A stretch of DNA of 64,000 bases from Octopus sinensis (GCF_006345805.1 NC_043000.1:9982001-10046000); one strand, 5' to 3'; numbered from the stretch's first letter, positions 12,384 through 27,138 are shown. Translations and numbers: made by a program. Notes: generated by a model not told the origin, from the sequence alone.

Positions 12384-12849
12384 TTTCGATTTTTAACTAA
12401 ATTTTTGTGTTTTATGGGATTTCTTTCCATAAATTCATAACACAACATATATAAGTAATATTTTCATATAGAGGATTCACACTTTCCAACAATGAAGACG
12501 ATCCGAACCAAAAGTAAAGATCTACGTGTGGCATTTGGTAAAATGTATAGAAAATTCACACTTTCCAACAAAGACTGTTTGGAGTAGTGATGCTACATTA
12601 AATTAAATAGCTCAACTGACCGATAAAATTGCATCTACTGAGGACTTGAGAATCCGCATATTACAGATATTATAAAACAAATCATCAACATTATTAGCTG
12701 AACCATTCGCTTATTTTATTTTATTTTTTTTACGATACTCACCTCACTTTAACTTACTGTGACATGTGAAATATTCAAGAGACTTTTATTACATCATGTA
12801 CCATAATAATTTCAAAATTCTGGCAAAAGGCCAGCAATTTCAAGAAGGG

Positions 12850-13010
12850 AGTACGTCAATTACATCGATCCCAGTGTCCAACTGGTAGTTATTTTATCGA
12901 CAACGAAAGGATGAAGAGCAAATTCGACTTCGAAATTTGGACTCAGAACGTAAAGACAAGCGAATTGCTGCTAAGCATTTTGTTCGGTGTACTAACAATT
13001 CTACCAACGT
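12850..13010 (-). mobile_element. Old SINE-A-related copy
   Basis: Degenerate family motifs (CGAAAGGATGAA, GACTCAGAACG). Confidence 0.65.
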
Positions 13011-13156
13011 ATTATGCACGATTCGAAGCTTTCCGCTTTCCTGTCACAAATAATTTCTAGTTCTTCGTATCTTCAGATATACACATGGCTGTGCGGTTAA
13101 GCAAAGACATAGCTGTAGAAATATTCCTAATTAGGAGCGCCTGTGACAGCTGACTT

Positions 13157-13340
13157 CTACCGCAGTCTTGACTTCTGAGTCAAATTTGGCAGACGAAAAC
13201 TCTGTGGAAGTCCATCGAAAGGGTTGTTCCTATTCTTGAGCAATTGATTTAATCCACCACCTATTTTAATACCACCATCTGGGCTTTTATTGGCTTTAGC
13301 ACAATACAATTTGTTGCAAGCATTGGGACAAGACTTCAAT
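13157..13340 (-). CDS. Candidate (terminal?) exon of an unidentified host gene
   Basis: Strong acceptor ttttttcccctcag| at 13341. Phase 0 gives IEVLSQCLQQIVLC* (stop ends at 13296); phase 2 gives a 60-codon frame ending RLR*. Non-repetitive sequence. Confidence 0.4.
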
Positions 13341-13502
13341 CTGAGGGGAAAAAATATCTTCCCATCTTCTCATCACTTACGAAAGTCCTGAAGAAGATTG
13401 TTAGAGCTAACCTCTCCTCTTTAAGTCCAAAAGAAAAAAAAAAGGACCGCACTTAAGTATAGCTAGTTTTATGTCGTAAAGCGATCGACATAATATGTAT
13501 AT

Positions 13503-13718
13503 ACTCTTTACTCTTTTACTTGTTTCAGTCATTTGACTGCGGCCATGTTGGAGCACCGCCTTTAGTCGCGCAAATCAACTGCAGGACTTATTCTTTGGAA
13601 GCCTGGTACTTATTCTATCGGTCTCTTGTGCCGAACCGCTAAGTTACGGGGACGTAAACATACCAGCATGGGTTGTCAAGCGATGTTGGGGGCACAAACA
13701 CAGACACACACACACACG

Positions 13719-13774
<56 letters not shown>

Positions 13775-13941
13775 TACGACGGGCTTCTTTTATATTTCCG
13801 TCTACCAAATCCACTCACAAGGCTTTGGTCGGCCCGAGGCTGTAGTAGAAGACACTTGCCCAAGGTGCCACGCAGTGGGACTGAACCCGGAACCATGTGG
13901 TTGGTAAGCAAGCTACTTACCACACAGCCGCTCCTGCGCCT
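13503..13941 (-). mobile_element. SINE-B, full length, with internal (TA)n(TG)n
   Basis: tRNA-like head, CORE-like CCTTGGGCAAGTG, internal microsatellite, tail GGCGGTGCTCCAACATGGCCGCAGTCAAATGACTGAAACAAGTAAAAGAG. Confidence 0.9.
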
Positions 13942-14019
13942 GTATCATATATATCATAGTAGTATCTTATTCAAATGTGATTAGATTGTGTCAATCCTTT
14001 CTTCTATAGATACAAGGCC

Positions 14020-14207
14020 TGAAATTTGGAGGAAGGAGATAGTCGATTACATCGACCCTAGTACACAACTGGTACTTTTTTTATCGACCCCGAAGGATGA
14101 AATTGAAAGTCGACCACGGCGGAAATTGAACTCAGAACGTGAAGTTTTTTTTTTGGGGGGGGGGTTAGTAGCCCGTGCTCTTAACCACTACGCTGTATGC
14201 CCGTAGG
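14020..14207 (-). mobile_element. Old SINE-A fragment joined to a SINE-F head fragment (14160-14207)
   Basis: The second part is the reverse complement of the 57060-57100 head. Confidence 0.6.
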
Positions 14208-14503
14208 CTAGATTGTGTCAATATTTAACAGATGAGCTTACATTATACAAGCCCATTTGTCGACACAATATTGACCAGTATAAAACTTTGTCTTCTTATG
14301 AATACACAAGCTTCAGTGCAATTACTGTCACATATGCTATATATTGCCCTCTCCAACATTGTCCAGCTGTCCATGAGTAATTTGATGGTCAGTCGATATA
14401 AACAGGAAATCAGAAAGCAAACTTTATGTAATCCGCTACCAGATTTATTATCGATTAATCAACATGTTGATTTACATATCTTCTCTGGAAATATCTTTTT
14501 TCC

Positions 14504-16470
<1,967 letters not shown>

Positions 16471-16844
16471 TGTGTGTCTGTGTGTCCTCTTACACATACA
16501 AAGGCACCATTTGAGAGTGACACACTCTTATTTGCGCATCCATTAATACATTCTTGGAAAAGAAACCAGAAATTAACAGATATACACACAGATATATATA
16601 CACACGCTGCCAAAACATAAAAATTGTTACTTTATACATAAGACATCAGAAATATAATATTAGATGTCAAATGGAAGAAACCATTACGAGACGCTGACGC
16701 ACCAGAAAGGTTTCGTGAGATGATATTTACGTCAAACATTGGGGACGTCTTCACCTTCACAACAACGTCAGATTTGCTTTCATATTTAGACGCGATCGCC
16801 TTCCTCTTCTGCCTCTGCTCATTCAGTCCTCCTCTTTCTCTCCA

Positions 16845-17410
16845 TCGTCGTCGTTGCTGTAGTTGCTGCCCTTGTTGTCACCGCCTTCATCATCATCATC
16901 GTCGTCGTCGTCGTCGTCGTCATCATCATCATCAAAATCATCATTATCATCGTCATCGTAATCGTCGTCGTCGTCGTCATCATCATCACCATCATCATCA
17001 TAAACGCCGTCATCGTAGTCGTCGCTGTTATTGTTGTCGTTGTTCTTGTCATCCTCATTGTCGTCGTCGTCGTCATCATCATCATCATCATCGTCATTAC
17101 CAACGTTATGATCATCATCGTCATTATTAATATTATCCTCATCGTCACCATTATCATCATCATTGTCATCATTATCATCACCGTTGTCGTTGTCGTTATC
17201 GTCGTCGTCGTTATCGTTGCCGTCCTTATCATTGTCATCGCCATTATCGTTATCATCCTCACGACGATGACGACGACGACGACGACCACCACCACCACCA
17301 CCACACCACCATCACCATCATCATCATCATCATCATCAAGCTTCATCATCATCATCATCATCATCATCATTATCATCACCACCACCATCATCATTAACAT
17401 CGTCAATCAT
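16845..17410. repeat. Cryptic trinucleotide low-complexity tract (CAT/CGT/CAC/TAT)
   Basis: Direct reading. Confidence 0.9.
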
Positions 17411-18126
17411 CGCCCTCGTGCTGAGCAGTCAGATGTGTTGAGTGTTGTGGCGTTTCTTATCTGCTAAACGACATTCAGCAGCAGAAATAAGGTAAGATGT
17501 GAACAAACATTCCTCTACTTTTAGAAGCTTTCACCATTATATCATTGTAGTTGTGTTTATCATCATTATCGTCATCGTCGTGGTGATGCTGGTCGTGTTT
17601 ATCAACATCATCATCATCATCATCATCATATTAATCACCGTTATATAAAATATCAAATAAAAATAAATAAAATTCAAGTGCACAAGCGATGGTTAAAATT
17701 TTCTAATGAAGCTTCTATTGCCATAAAAGTGGGAAGAATTATCGCTTTTCGAGCAAAAAATACAAAAAAACAAAACTAAACAAAAAACAAACTAAAAATA
17801 CTTTCTTTTCCTGATGGAGGTGTTTGCAGCGCAAAACATCAGAATTGTCAACTGCCTACAGCATACAAACTTAACTAAATTTACATTCATCAAAATAACT
17901 ATTTTCACTATATTCAATTCTATAAATCCAATTGGAGTGTATTGCAACACATATTAGACACAATGTTAGTCTTTTTAAATGTCGATATTCTATTTTAAAA
18001 TTCTCAAAATAAAATAATAAATAATTTTTCCCGAAAATGACAGCAGCATCAGTTTCTTCCCGTGTCTGAAACTGTATGTGAGACTATCTTTCCCACTTTT
18101 TCTAAGAGAGACAAAAACTAAATACC

Positions 18127-18502
18127 TATTTCTTTACTAGCTACAAGGGGCTAAACATAGAGTGGAGAAACAAGGACAGACAAACAGATTAGGTTGATTA
18201 CATCGACCCCAGTGCGTAACTGGTACTTAATTTATCGACCCGGAAAGGATGAAAGGCAAAGTCGAGCTCGGCGGAATTTGAACTCAGAACGTAACAGCAG
18301 ACGAAATACCTATTTCTTTACTACCCACAAGGGGCTAAACACAGAGGGGACAAACAAGGACAGACAAACGGATTAGGTTGATTACATCGACCCCCGACCC
18401 CGAAAGGATGAAAGGCAAAGTCGAGCTCGGCGGAATTTGGACTCAGAACGTAGCGGCAAACGAAATACGGCTACGCATTTCGCCCGGCGCGCTAACAATT
18501 CT
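18127..18502 (-). mobile_element. SINE-A tandem dimer
   Basis: Units start at 18127 and 18311 (184-bp period); junction GAAATACC|TATTTC. Confidence 0.88.
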
Positions 18503-18674
18503 CAGTGAATTACTGACGTTTAGTCTTCTCTATCTAATTTATGGTGAACATCAAATAAAATAATCAGAATCAGTTGTTCTCATCCTCAACATTCTTCAGC
18601 ACAAAACTACAAGGCAGAGACAATAGAAAAGCAACTCCTATTTGGTTACTAGACCCGTTAGAAATAGAGACCAA

Positions 18675-18904
18675 GGCGGCGAGCTGGCAGAAACGTTAGC
18701 ACGGCCGGCGAAATGCTCAGCAGTATTTCGTCTGCCGTTACGTTCTGATTTCAAATTCCGCCGTGGTCGACTTTGCCTTTCATCCTTTCGGGGTCGATAA
18801 ATTAAGTACCAGTTACGCACTGGGGTCGATGTAATCAACTTAATCCGTTTGTCTGTCCTTGTTAGTCCCCTCTATGTTTAGCCCCTGTGAGCAATAAAGA
18901 AATA
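18675..18904 (+). mobile_element. SINE-A, full length
   Basis: 15-bp TSD AGAAATAGAGACCAA at 18660-18674 and 18905-18919. Confidence 0.93.
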
Positions 18905-19124
18905 AGAAATAGAGACCAAATTTTCCTTCTAATCACACACTACTGTCTTCATAAAAGAAGGACACTTTGGAAAAAAAGCAATATTGTATTTACTAAACAT
19001 GAAAGAGAAATAGGATGTGGTCGGTTGGATTATGAGTATATTTAATAAGAGGCGACAGGGGCTAAGCAACAGCGAGAACAATGAAAATCCTCTACCGTAT
19101 TCTTCAACGTCCTCCAAGTTTATT

Positions 19125-19509
19125 GGAGGCGCAATGGCCCAGTGGTTAGGGCAGCGGACTCGCGGTCATAGGATCGCGTTTTCGATTCCCAGACCGGGCA
19201 TTGTGAGTGTTTATTGAGCGAAAACACCTAAAGCTCCACGAGGCTCCGGCAGGGGATGGTGGTGATCCCTGCTGTACTCTTTCACCACAACTTTCTCTCA
19301 CTCTTACTTCCTGTTCCTGTTGTACCTGTATTTCAAAGGGCCGGCCTTGTCACTCTCTGTGTCACGCTGAATATCCCCGAGAACTACGTTAAGGGTACAC
19401 GTGTCTGTGGAGTGTTCAGCCACTTGCACGTTAATTTCACGAGCAGGCTGTTCCGTTGATTCGGATCAACCGGAACCCTCGTCGTCGTAACCGACGGAGT
19501 GCTTCCACA
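19125..19509 (+). mobile_element. SINE-C with tail X, full length
   Basis: A box TGGCCCAGTGG, B box TTTCGATTCC; 10-bp TSD CCAAGTTTAT at 19114-19123 and 19510-19519. Confidence 0.92.
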
Positions 19510-19633
19510 CCAAGTTTATAATGCAGGAAAGGGGCCAGTCAATATGTAACTACGAGATATAGAAATAGCAGCCGAAATTTCCCTCAACTCACGCATTAAT
19601 AAAGGAAGGTGCACTGGAAAACGTAGCCCTCGC

Positions 19634-19797
19634 CATCATCATCATCATCGTAGTAGTATTAGTAGTAGTAGTGGTGGTGGTGGTGTGGTGGTGGTAGTAG
19701 TAGTGGTGGTGGTGGTGGTACTAGTAGTAGTGGGTGGTGGTGGTGGTAGTAGTAGTGGTGATGGTGGTGGTGGTAGTGGTGGTGGTGGTGGTGGTGA

Positions 19798-19828
<31 letters not shown>

Positions 19829-19830
19829 TA
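19634..19830. repeat. (CAT)/(AGT)/(GGT) compound microsatellite
   Basis: Direct reading. Confidence 0.9.
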
Positions 19831-20239
19831 TTGCTTATCTGAAAACAAAAAAGACGTTGGCAAGAACGCATTTGATTATAGGATGGGCTACACAGCAACG
19901 ACTACGACGACGATGGCGACCAAACCCACCTCCACCACCACGATGACGAGTGAAAGAAACAGAGTAACAGAAAAAGCAGCAGGATCAGGAAATGTTAACT
20001 TTAATGTTTAACTTTATCTTTTGAATTTATTTTCTTTTGATCTCTTTTACTCTTTCTTTCCTTTTCGTTTAGCCTTTTCGTAAATTCTTATTTTATTTCA
20101 GGTCGTGAGCGTTCATATCAAAAATAAAAACCAATAAAATTCTTCTTATTGGCTATTATACTTGATGACCCACATTATCAGGATTACCACACCCGTACTT
20201 ATACAAACTACAACATAATATCTTTACAAGAGATATCAT

Positions 20240-20368
20240 AGGCGCAGGAGTGGTTCCGGGTTCACTCCCATTGCGTGGCACCTTGGGTAAGTGTCTTCTA
20301 CTATAGCCTCGGGCCGACCAAAGCCTTGTGAGTGGATTTTGTAGACGGAAACTGAAAGACGCCCGTCG

Positions 20369-20370
<2 letters not shown>
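20240..20370 (+). mobile_element. SINE-B 5' half (head has an internal deletion)
   Basis: Matches the SINE-B head and body up to the internal (TA)n; the 3' half is at 24286-24660. Confidence 0.85.
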
Positions 20371-20395
<25 letters not shown>

Positions 20396-20409
<14 letters not shown>

Positions 20410-20720
20410 TTAGAGACAAAACCACTATTTTGCAAAACAAACAAGGAAAGACTTAATCAATACATAAAATTTTAATAAAAAGTAAAAAAACCGCTACTAC
20501 ACAATTGTTTCATGAAACAATTGTAGTGGCGGTTTTTTTTACTTTTTATTAAAATTTTATGTATTGATTAAGTCTTTCCTGTTTTGTTTTGCAAAATAGT
20601 GGTTTTGTCCTAATTAATATTATATAATATTTTACTATAAAATTGGATTTAATCCTAAATCTGATTTTTCCCTGTAATTTGGATTTATTCCCTAATATTT
20701 ATTATATATATATATATATA
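20396..20720. mobile_element. Near-perfect palindrome (about 112-bp arms, no spacer, centre 20512/20513) plus a unique extension; PLE-like
   Basis: Centre ...ACAATTGTTTCA|TGAAACAATTGT...; (TA)n on both sides. Confidence 0.65.
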
Positions 20721-20725
20721 AATAT

Positions 20726-23700
20726 AAACTTAGATAAACTTAGATAAACTTAGATATGTTTCGACCAAAGATTGGTCCAGGCCATGTCTAACTTAATAGC
20801 ACCACCTGATAGGATTATTCGAATCCTGTTTAAGTCAAGTTTTGTTCAAGTAGTGAGTTCTTGTTGGGTGAGTTGTATCCAGTTTTGTTCAAGTAGTGAG
20901 TTCTTGTTGGGTGAGTTGTATCCATTATGGGTGGCTTATCTGGTATTCTTTGAAGGAATCTATCCAGACTCTGTTTAAAGTTGATGGGATCCTTTTCCTC
21001 TTTGATCTCCCTCGGGACAATGTTAAATAGGGCAGGGCCTGTTGAGGAAAAGAAATTATGTTGCAGTGTACATGTATGTTGTGATCTTGAATTGGGCAGG
21101 GGACGTAAGCCCGTGGTCCAAGTCTTGGATGAACCTTGAAGCTAATGTTTAGGTCGTTTGGGGCAAAGTTGGCGGTATATTTTCCACATCGTACAAATGA
21201 TTGTACCGCTCACGGCGACGCGGAGGGAGTAAAGTTTCAAGGCTTTAAGGCGATCCCAATAATCGAGAGCAGCCATGCCTTCAATTGTTTAGTGAGTGCC
21301 CTCTGGGGTGACTCAATTCTGGAGATGTTTGTCTTGTGTGAGGAGACCACAGTGGGCAGCAGTATTCAAGGTGTGGCCGTACAAAGGAGGAAAAAAGAAT
21401 GTATGATGACACCTTGTTCTCTGGACCGGAAAGTTCTTAAGATCCAGGAACCTCCTACGAGCTATATCGACCTTCTTGTTGATGTGTGCACTCCACTGAG
21501 ATCGTCATCAACAATTACACCACACCCACATCTCTGATATTGTTAGAGGCTGTGAGCGGTTCCCCTGAAGGAAGAGAGTAGGTTGTTTTAGTGAGGAATT
21601 TCTTCCAAAATGCATCAGCTCAAATTTCCCTCATTCAGTTGCATTTTGTTTCTGTCTGCCCATTGACTCACAGCATATAGATCAAACTGGAGTTGAGTTC
21701 GGTCTGCTTCTTCATTGACGATTGCTGGAGCTTAGTGTCATCAGCAAATATTTTCACTTTGCAGTAATGTACGACACTGGAAAGGTCGTTTACGTAAATT
21801 ATGAAGAGTAGCGGACCCAAAACAGTTCCTGGGGAACACCGCTGGTGACTTTTGCTGGTTTGAGTGGACTCCATTAACTGTTGTGTTCTATTCGCCAGGA
21901 AATACTTAATCCAGTGTAGAACTTTTCCACGGATTCCAACATTTGCCAATTTTGAGAGTAGGATGTTATGGTCTACCCGTCGAACGCTTTACTGAAGTCA
22001 AGATATATGACGTCAGAGTTCGAACCTGTTCCCAAGGCTTTGAGTACATCTTCAATGTGTTGTAAGAGCTGTGTTAGACAGTCCTGCCACAGCGAAAGCC
22101 ATGCTGATTTGCATTTAGAGTTTTGTGGGTCTCCAGGAAGTCAGCTATCCTTGATCTTAACACTCTTTCAAACACTTTAATGATGTGGGAGGTGAGTGAG
22201 ATTGGGTGATAGTTGAGTGCGAGGGATCTGTTTCCTGTTTGAAAACCGGGATGACCGACTGGGATAGAAACTGTTTCGGTATATAACCTGAGTCTAACGA
22301 ATTTCTTCAGAGGTTGGTCAGAGGGACTGCAAGTTGGTATCTCTACATTCCTTCAGGAGACTAGCGGGAAATCTATCAGGGCCTACAGCAGAGTAATGTT
22401 TGACCTCATTTATTGCTGCTACGATGTCAGTGGCAGTGAAGGTTATGTCTGAGATTTTGTGTTGGGAGTCAACTTCGTTCGTTTTCCTTACGTCAATATC
22501 AGTGGGAACACTAAGACCAGAGCAGTATTGTTCTGCAGTTTTCTGCCATTTCTTTAGCATCGTGTTGGGAATGAATGCCGTTATCATCAATCAATGGCCC
22601 AATGGGTGAAACAGTGGTTCTATGCTTATTTGCATAAGAATAGAACACATTTGGGTTCTGTTTGATGTTTTGATTGCCCATTGTTCCCACAGCTCTTTGA
22701 TTTTCAATGGAGGTTTTCATGTTGGTCTGCAGATGAAGTTTTTCCAGCTCTAGTCTTTTCATTGTTGTTGAATGTGGATGTTGTTGTGTGGGAATATTTT
22801 AATTGTTGATTTTTTGTTGAGTCTTTTGATGCGCCTGATGAGTGTTTTTTCTTTTTAGGGAGCCGGTTTCTGTTTGTGTTAGTAGATTTCTTGGGAGCGT
22901 TTGTTTAGAGCATGTATAGGTGACATGTTTTCAAAGTGCTGCCACGCGGTCTCAATATGAGAGGAATTGAGAGTAAAAGACCAGTCGATGGAAGACAGAT
23001 CCTTTCTGATTGTTCCCCAGTCCGCTTTGTGGAAGTTTATGTTGTCAAATGGGTGCATGGAGTGGGATTGGCTGGTTTGGTTTTTATATGTCGGGAATTA
23101 AGATTGCAGAGTACCATGTCGTGGTCTGAGAGGAGAGTTTTTTCGACTGAGATACTGTGAACGTAGCTAGAGTGATTGGTCAATACCAGATCCAAGATCG
23201 TTTTATTCTGTCTCGTTGGTTCAAGCACTAGCTGAGTCAGGAAATACTCATCCATCAGATTAAAGAGCAGTTCTACTGCTGCTCTATCTGATGTAGAGCA
23301 CTTGCCTAACTTCAGAGTATTTGTGGGCCAGTTCACATGAGGGAGGTTAAAATCACCCATCACTAGTATGTTTCCGGAGTGGTACTTCCGAAGGAAGGAC
23401 GTGACTTTGGTAAGGCACTCTTCAAAGTACTTTAGGGGTGCCTGGGAGGCCTGTAAAGACCAACAATGGTTATGTCCTTGGCTTGTTGTATAGTGATACC
23501 GATTCACAGTAGCCATTGGAAAATATGTCCTTGGCATCAAGTGAAAAGGAGTCATGGATAAAGATGGCTGTCCCTCCCTTATTTCGGTCTGTGCGATCCG
23601 CACGAACAATGGTGAAATCTTTTATTTTCACCTCTGCGTCCATATGGGTGTTGTTCAGGTGAGTCTCGGTAAGGATAAAGAAAGGGAAGCAATGTGCCAT

Positions 23701-24281
23701 TTCGGCAAGCCAACTCTCTATATATGGGATCTTCCATTTTGGGGCAATAATTGATGGGTTGATGCCACGTACATTTAACAGGAATGTCGAGGTAAGGGAA
23801 GTTGTTGGTAATGGGTGAGTGGTCCTTGTGATTTGCATAGATGGTGGTGATAGCTCGCTGGATCTCCTGGCTTAGGTCGGCCTTCATATTTTCTAGGTAT
23901 GTCAGTAAAAAAGAGTTACTTGTTTGGTTTGCCACTTGGTCAGAGGATACATATTTCATGTTGGCGTTGTTTGGTTGTTTTTTCATGGTTCTGTCTACGT
24001 TGTTTGATTGTGGGAGGGGAAACGTGGTTGTATTTTGTTCTTGTTGTTGTCCTAGATTACTATTGTTCCTGTTTATATTTATTCTGTGATCGTTTTGTGC
24101 CCTTCAGATGGTGGTGGTTGCATTCTGGTTCAGGACATCCTTTGTGAGACAGAAGTTTGGCACAGTTTAGGATGGAATAAGGTGCATCCATTGCCTTTAT
24201 GCATCCTTATTTAGGATCAGAACCATGGATTCTGTATTTAGGACAGTATTTGGGGTGGAGGTGGGGGCAATTTTTCCTGTT
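20726..24281 (-). mobile_element. CR1/L2-group LINE family 1, 5'-truncated and decayed (ORF1 end, APE endonuclease, RT)
   Basis: EN motifs ILTETHL, RADR..RNKGGTAI, ILVMGDFNLP, LDLVLTN, SDHDMV; RT motifs GPDRFPASLLKEC, PGTVLGPLLFIIYVNDL, IFADDTKL; 3' tail (ATCTAAGTTT)n; 43-bp tandem duplication at 20838-20923. Confidence 0.9.
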
Positions 24282-24285
24282 ATAT

Positions 24286-24292
24286 ATATATG

Positions 24293-24340
<48 letters not shown>

Positions 24341-24660
24341 TGTATGTATGTATGTATGTATGTATGTATGTATGTATGCATGTATGTATGTATGCATGCA
24401 TGCATGCATGTATGTATGCATGCATGTATGTATGTATGTGTGTGTATATGTTTGTGTGTCTGTGTTTGTCTCCCCAACATCGCTTGACAACCGATGCTGG
24501 TGTGTTTACGTCTCTGTAACGTAGCGGTTCGGCAAAAAGAGAACGATAGAATAAGTACTAGGCTTACAAAGAATGAGTCCTGGGTCGATTTGTTCGACTA
24601 AAGGCGGTGCTCTAGCATGACCTCAGTCAAATGACTGAAACAAGTAAAATAGTAATAAAA
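24286..24660 (+). mobile_element. SINE-B 3' half
   Basis: (TA)(TATG)(TG) tract followed by the SINE-B body and tail. Confidence 0.87.
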
Positions 24661-24681
24661 AAAGCAAGAAAGGAAAGCTAA

Positions 24682-25058
24682 CAGGCATAGGCGTGGTTGT
24701 GGTTAAGAAAGTTACTTCCCAACCACGTGGTCTCAGGCTCAGTCCCACTACGTGGCACCTTGAGCAAGTGTCTTCTACTATAGCTTCGAGCCGATTTGGA
24801 AGACAGGAAGTGAAGAATCTGTGTGCGTATATGTGTGTCTGATGTTTGTGTGTGCGTGCGTGTCTGAGTTTGTGCTTCTTCCCCCACCCCACTTAATAAC
24901 CGGTGTCCCCCTAATTTTTTTGACCGGTAAAAGAGGCCAATACAATAAGTACCAGACTTAAAAAAAGTTTATTGGGGATGGGGCGGACACACTAAAACCT
25001 TTCAAGGTGGTGTCCCTACATGGCTGTAGTCCAATGACTGAAACAAGTAAAAGATGAA
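24682..25058 (+). mobile_element. Older SINE-B-related copy
   Basis: Diverged head, CCTTGAGCAAGTGTCTTC, tail ACATGGCTGTAGTCCAATGACTGAAACAAGTAAAAG. Confidence 0.75.
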
Positions 25059-25245
25059 AAAAAAAAAGGCACACCTAAATAGACGGTGTGACCATACTGG
25101 GAATGCTTTCGATCGCAGGGTTGCTCAACCAGAGCAGACCCGGGTCTGAAGTACATTAAGGGCAACACATTGGAGGATCATCACTGTAGATCCTGGAAAT
25201 CTCAAAGTTCACCAACCAAGAAATTAGATAACTTCATTCATGCAG

Positions 25246-25450
25246 TACTCTCTTTACTCTTTTACTTGTTTCAGTCATTTGACCGTGGCCATGCTGGAGC
25301 ACCGCCTTTTAGTGGAGCAAATCGACCCCAGGACTTATTCTTTGTAAGCCTAGTACTTATTCTATCGGTCTCTTTTTGCCGAACCGCTAAGCTACGGGGA
25401 CGTAAACACACCAACATTGGTTGTCAAGCGATGTTGGGGGGACAAACACA

Positions 25451-25522
<72 letters not shown>

Positions 25523-25667
25523 CGTATATACGACGGGCTTCTTTCAGTTTCCGTCTACTAAATCCACTCACAAGGCTTTGGTCGACCCAAGGCTACAGTA
25601 GAAGACACTTGCCCAAGTTGCCACGCAATAGGACTGAACCCGGAATCACGTAGCCACTCCTACGCCT
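25246..25667 (-). mobile_element. SINE-B (head has an internal deletion)
   Basis: Family body, internal microsatellite and tail. Confidence 0.88.
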
Positions 25668-26624
25668 AGAGTAACTTTTTGTCTTAATCAGGAGATTTAT
25701 TTTCGTTTCTTTTATCTATTTCACTTGTTTCAGTTTTCGGACTGCGGTGATGCAAGGGATCCGCCTTGTTGTGTTTAGTCGTACAATTCGATCACAGTAA
25801 TTAGGTTCTTTAACGATTTAGGTTCTTTAAACTTGTTCTATCGGTTTCTTTTGCCGAACCACTAATGTTACGAGTATATAAACAAACTAGCACAGATTGT
25901 CAAGCAGTGGAGAGAGGAAAAGCTCAAACACACACACACACACACACACATACACGCCCGCAAACACGCACACACACACACAAGCACGCACACACAAACA
26001 AATACACACAATATTTTCATATGCGTTTTAGATCTATGAACTCCACCAATCTACTAACTGCCAGATTTGAATTTTTATTAAATGTAAACATATGAACAAA
26101 TTTCTTTTGTTGGTCTGGAAGATATCACCGACTCCAGATTAGGCGTGCAGTCAGAAACTGACCTCTCCGTTGAATTAATTTTCACTAATTCTGATTCGAA
26201 CACCAGGTATATGAAGTCTGATTCAAATAGGCAAAAGCATTGTATTTTTAAATTTCTTTTTACTCATTCCAATTTTTGCTTTTACCTTCCTTTCGTTCCC
26301 ACGATTTTAGAAACAGCCAACCATGTTGTATATTTGAATCTGTAAGATAACTTGGAAGCACAAGATATGCTATACCTGTTAGTTAGCTTACTGTCTTTTC
26401 ATAGCATGAAACTAATAGTAGCCTGAATTTAAGTACTGTATATATTAAATCCAGCATGCACACATATCCATGCACGCACACACTCACACACACACATGCT
26501 CACACACACACACTCACACATGCATATATACACATACATGCAAATATATATAAATATATACATACATATACATATATATATATATGTACATACGCACAAA
26601 CATTATATATCTATCTATCTATAT

Positions 26625-26692
<68 letters not shown>

Positions 26693-26694
<2 letters not shown>

Positions 26695-26853
26695 CCAGAT
26701 AAGCCACCCATACCTGGATACAACTCACTACTTGAATGGACCATAAACAAAACTTGACTTAAAAAAGATTTAAATAATCCTATCAGGTGGCGCTATTAAC
26801 TTAGACATGGCCTGGACCAATCTTTGGTCGAAACATATCTAAGTTTCTAAGTT
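26693..26853 (+). mobile_element. Short 3'-terminal fragment of LINE family 1 in (TA)n
   Basis: Homologous to the reverse complement of about 20726-20945, including GGACCAATCTTTGGTCGAAACATATCTAAGTTT. Confidence 0.85.
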
Positions 26854-27063
26854 TTATATACATATACACATATCATTAATTAATAAACTTCAGGGTAACA
26901 AATAAAATTTTGAAAAATTTCTTTGCTACCAGTGATCTAGGGAGAAGAAAAAACTAGTCAATAGACTATATATTATTCATATAAAAATACAGTGTCAGAT
27001 GTCCTGTTATGGCCATCTCTTATGTGTTTAAATGTACACTGTAGTTTTACACACACACACACA

Positions 27064-27138
<75 letters not shown>

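Noticed and set aside
14232-14490. Possible Tc1/mariner remnant or exon
   Set aside because: Only a weak PDL..I.H resemblance; candidate exon frames contain stops.
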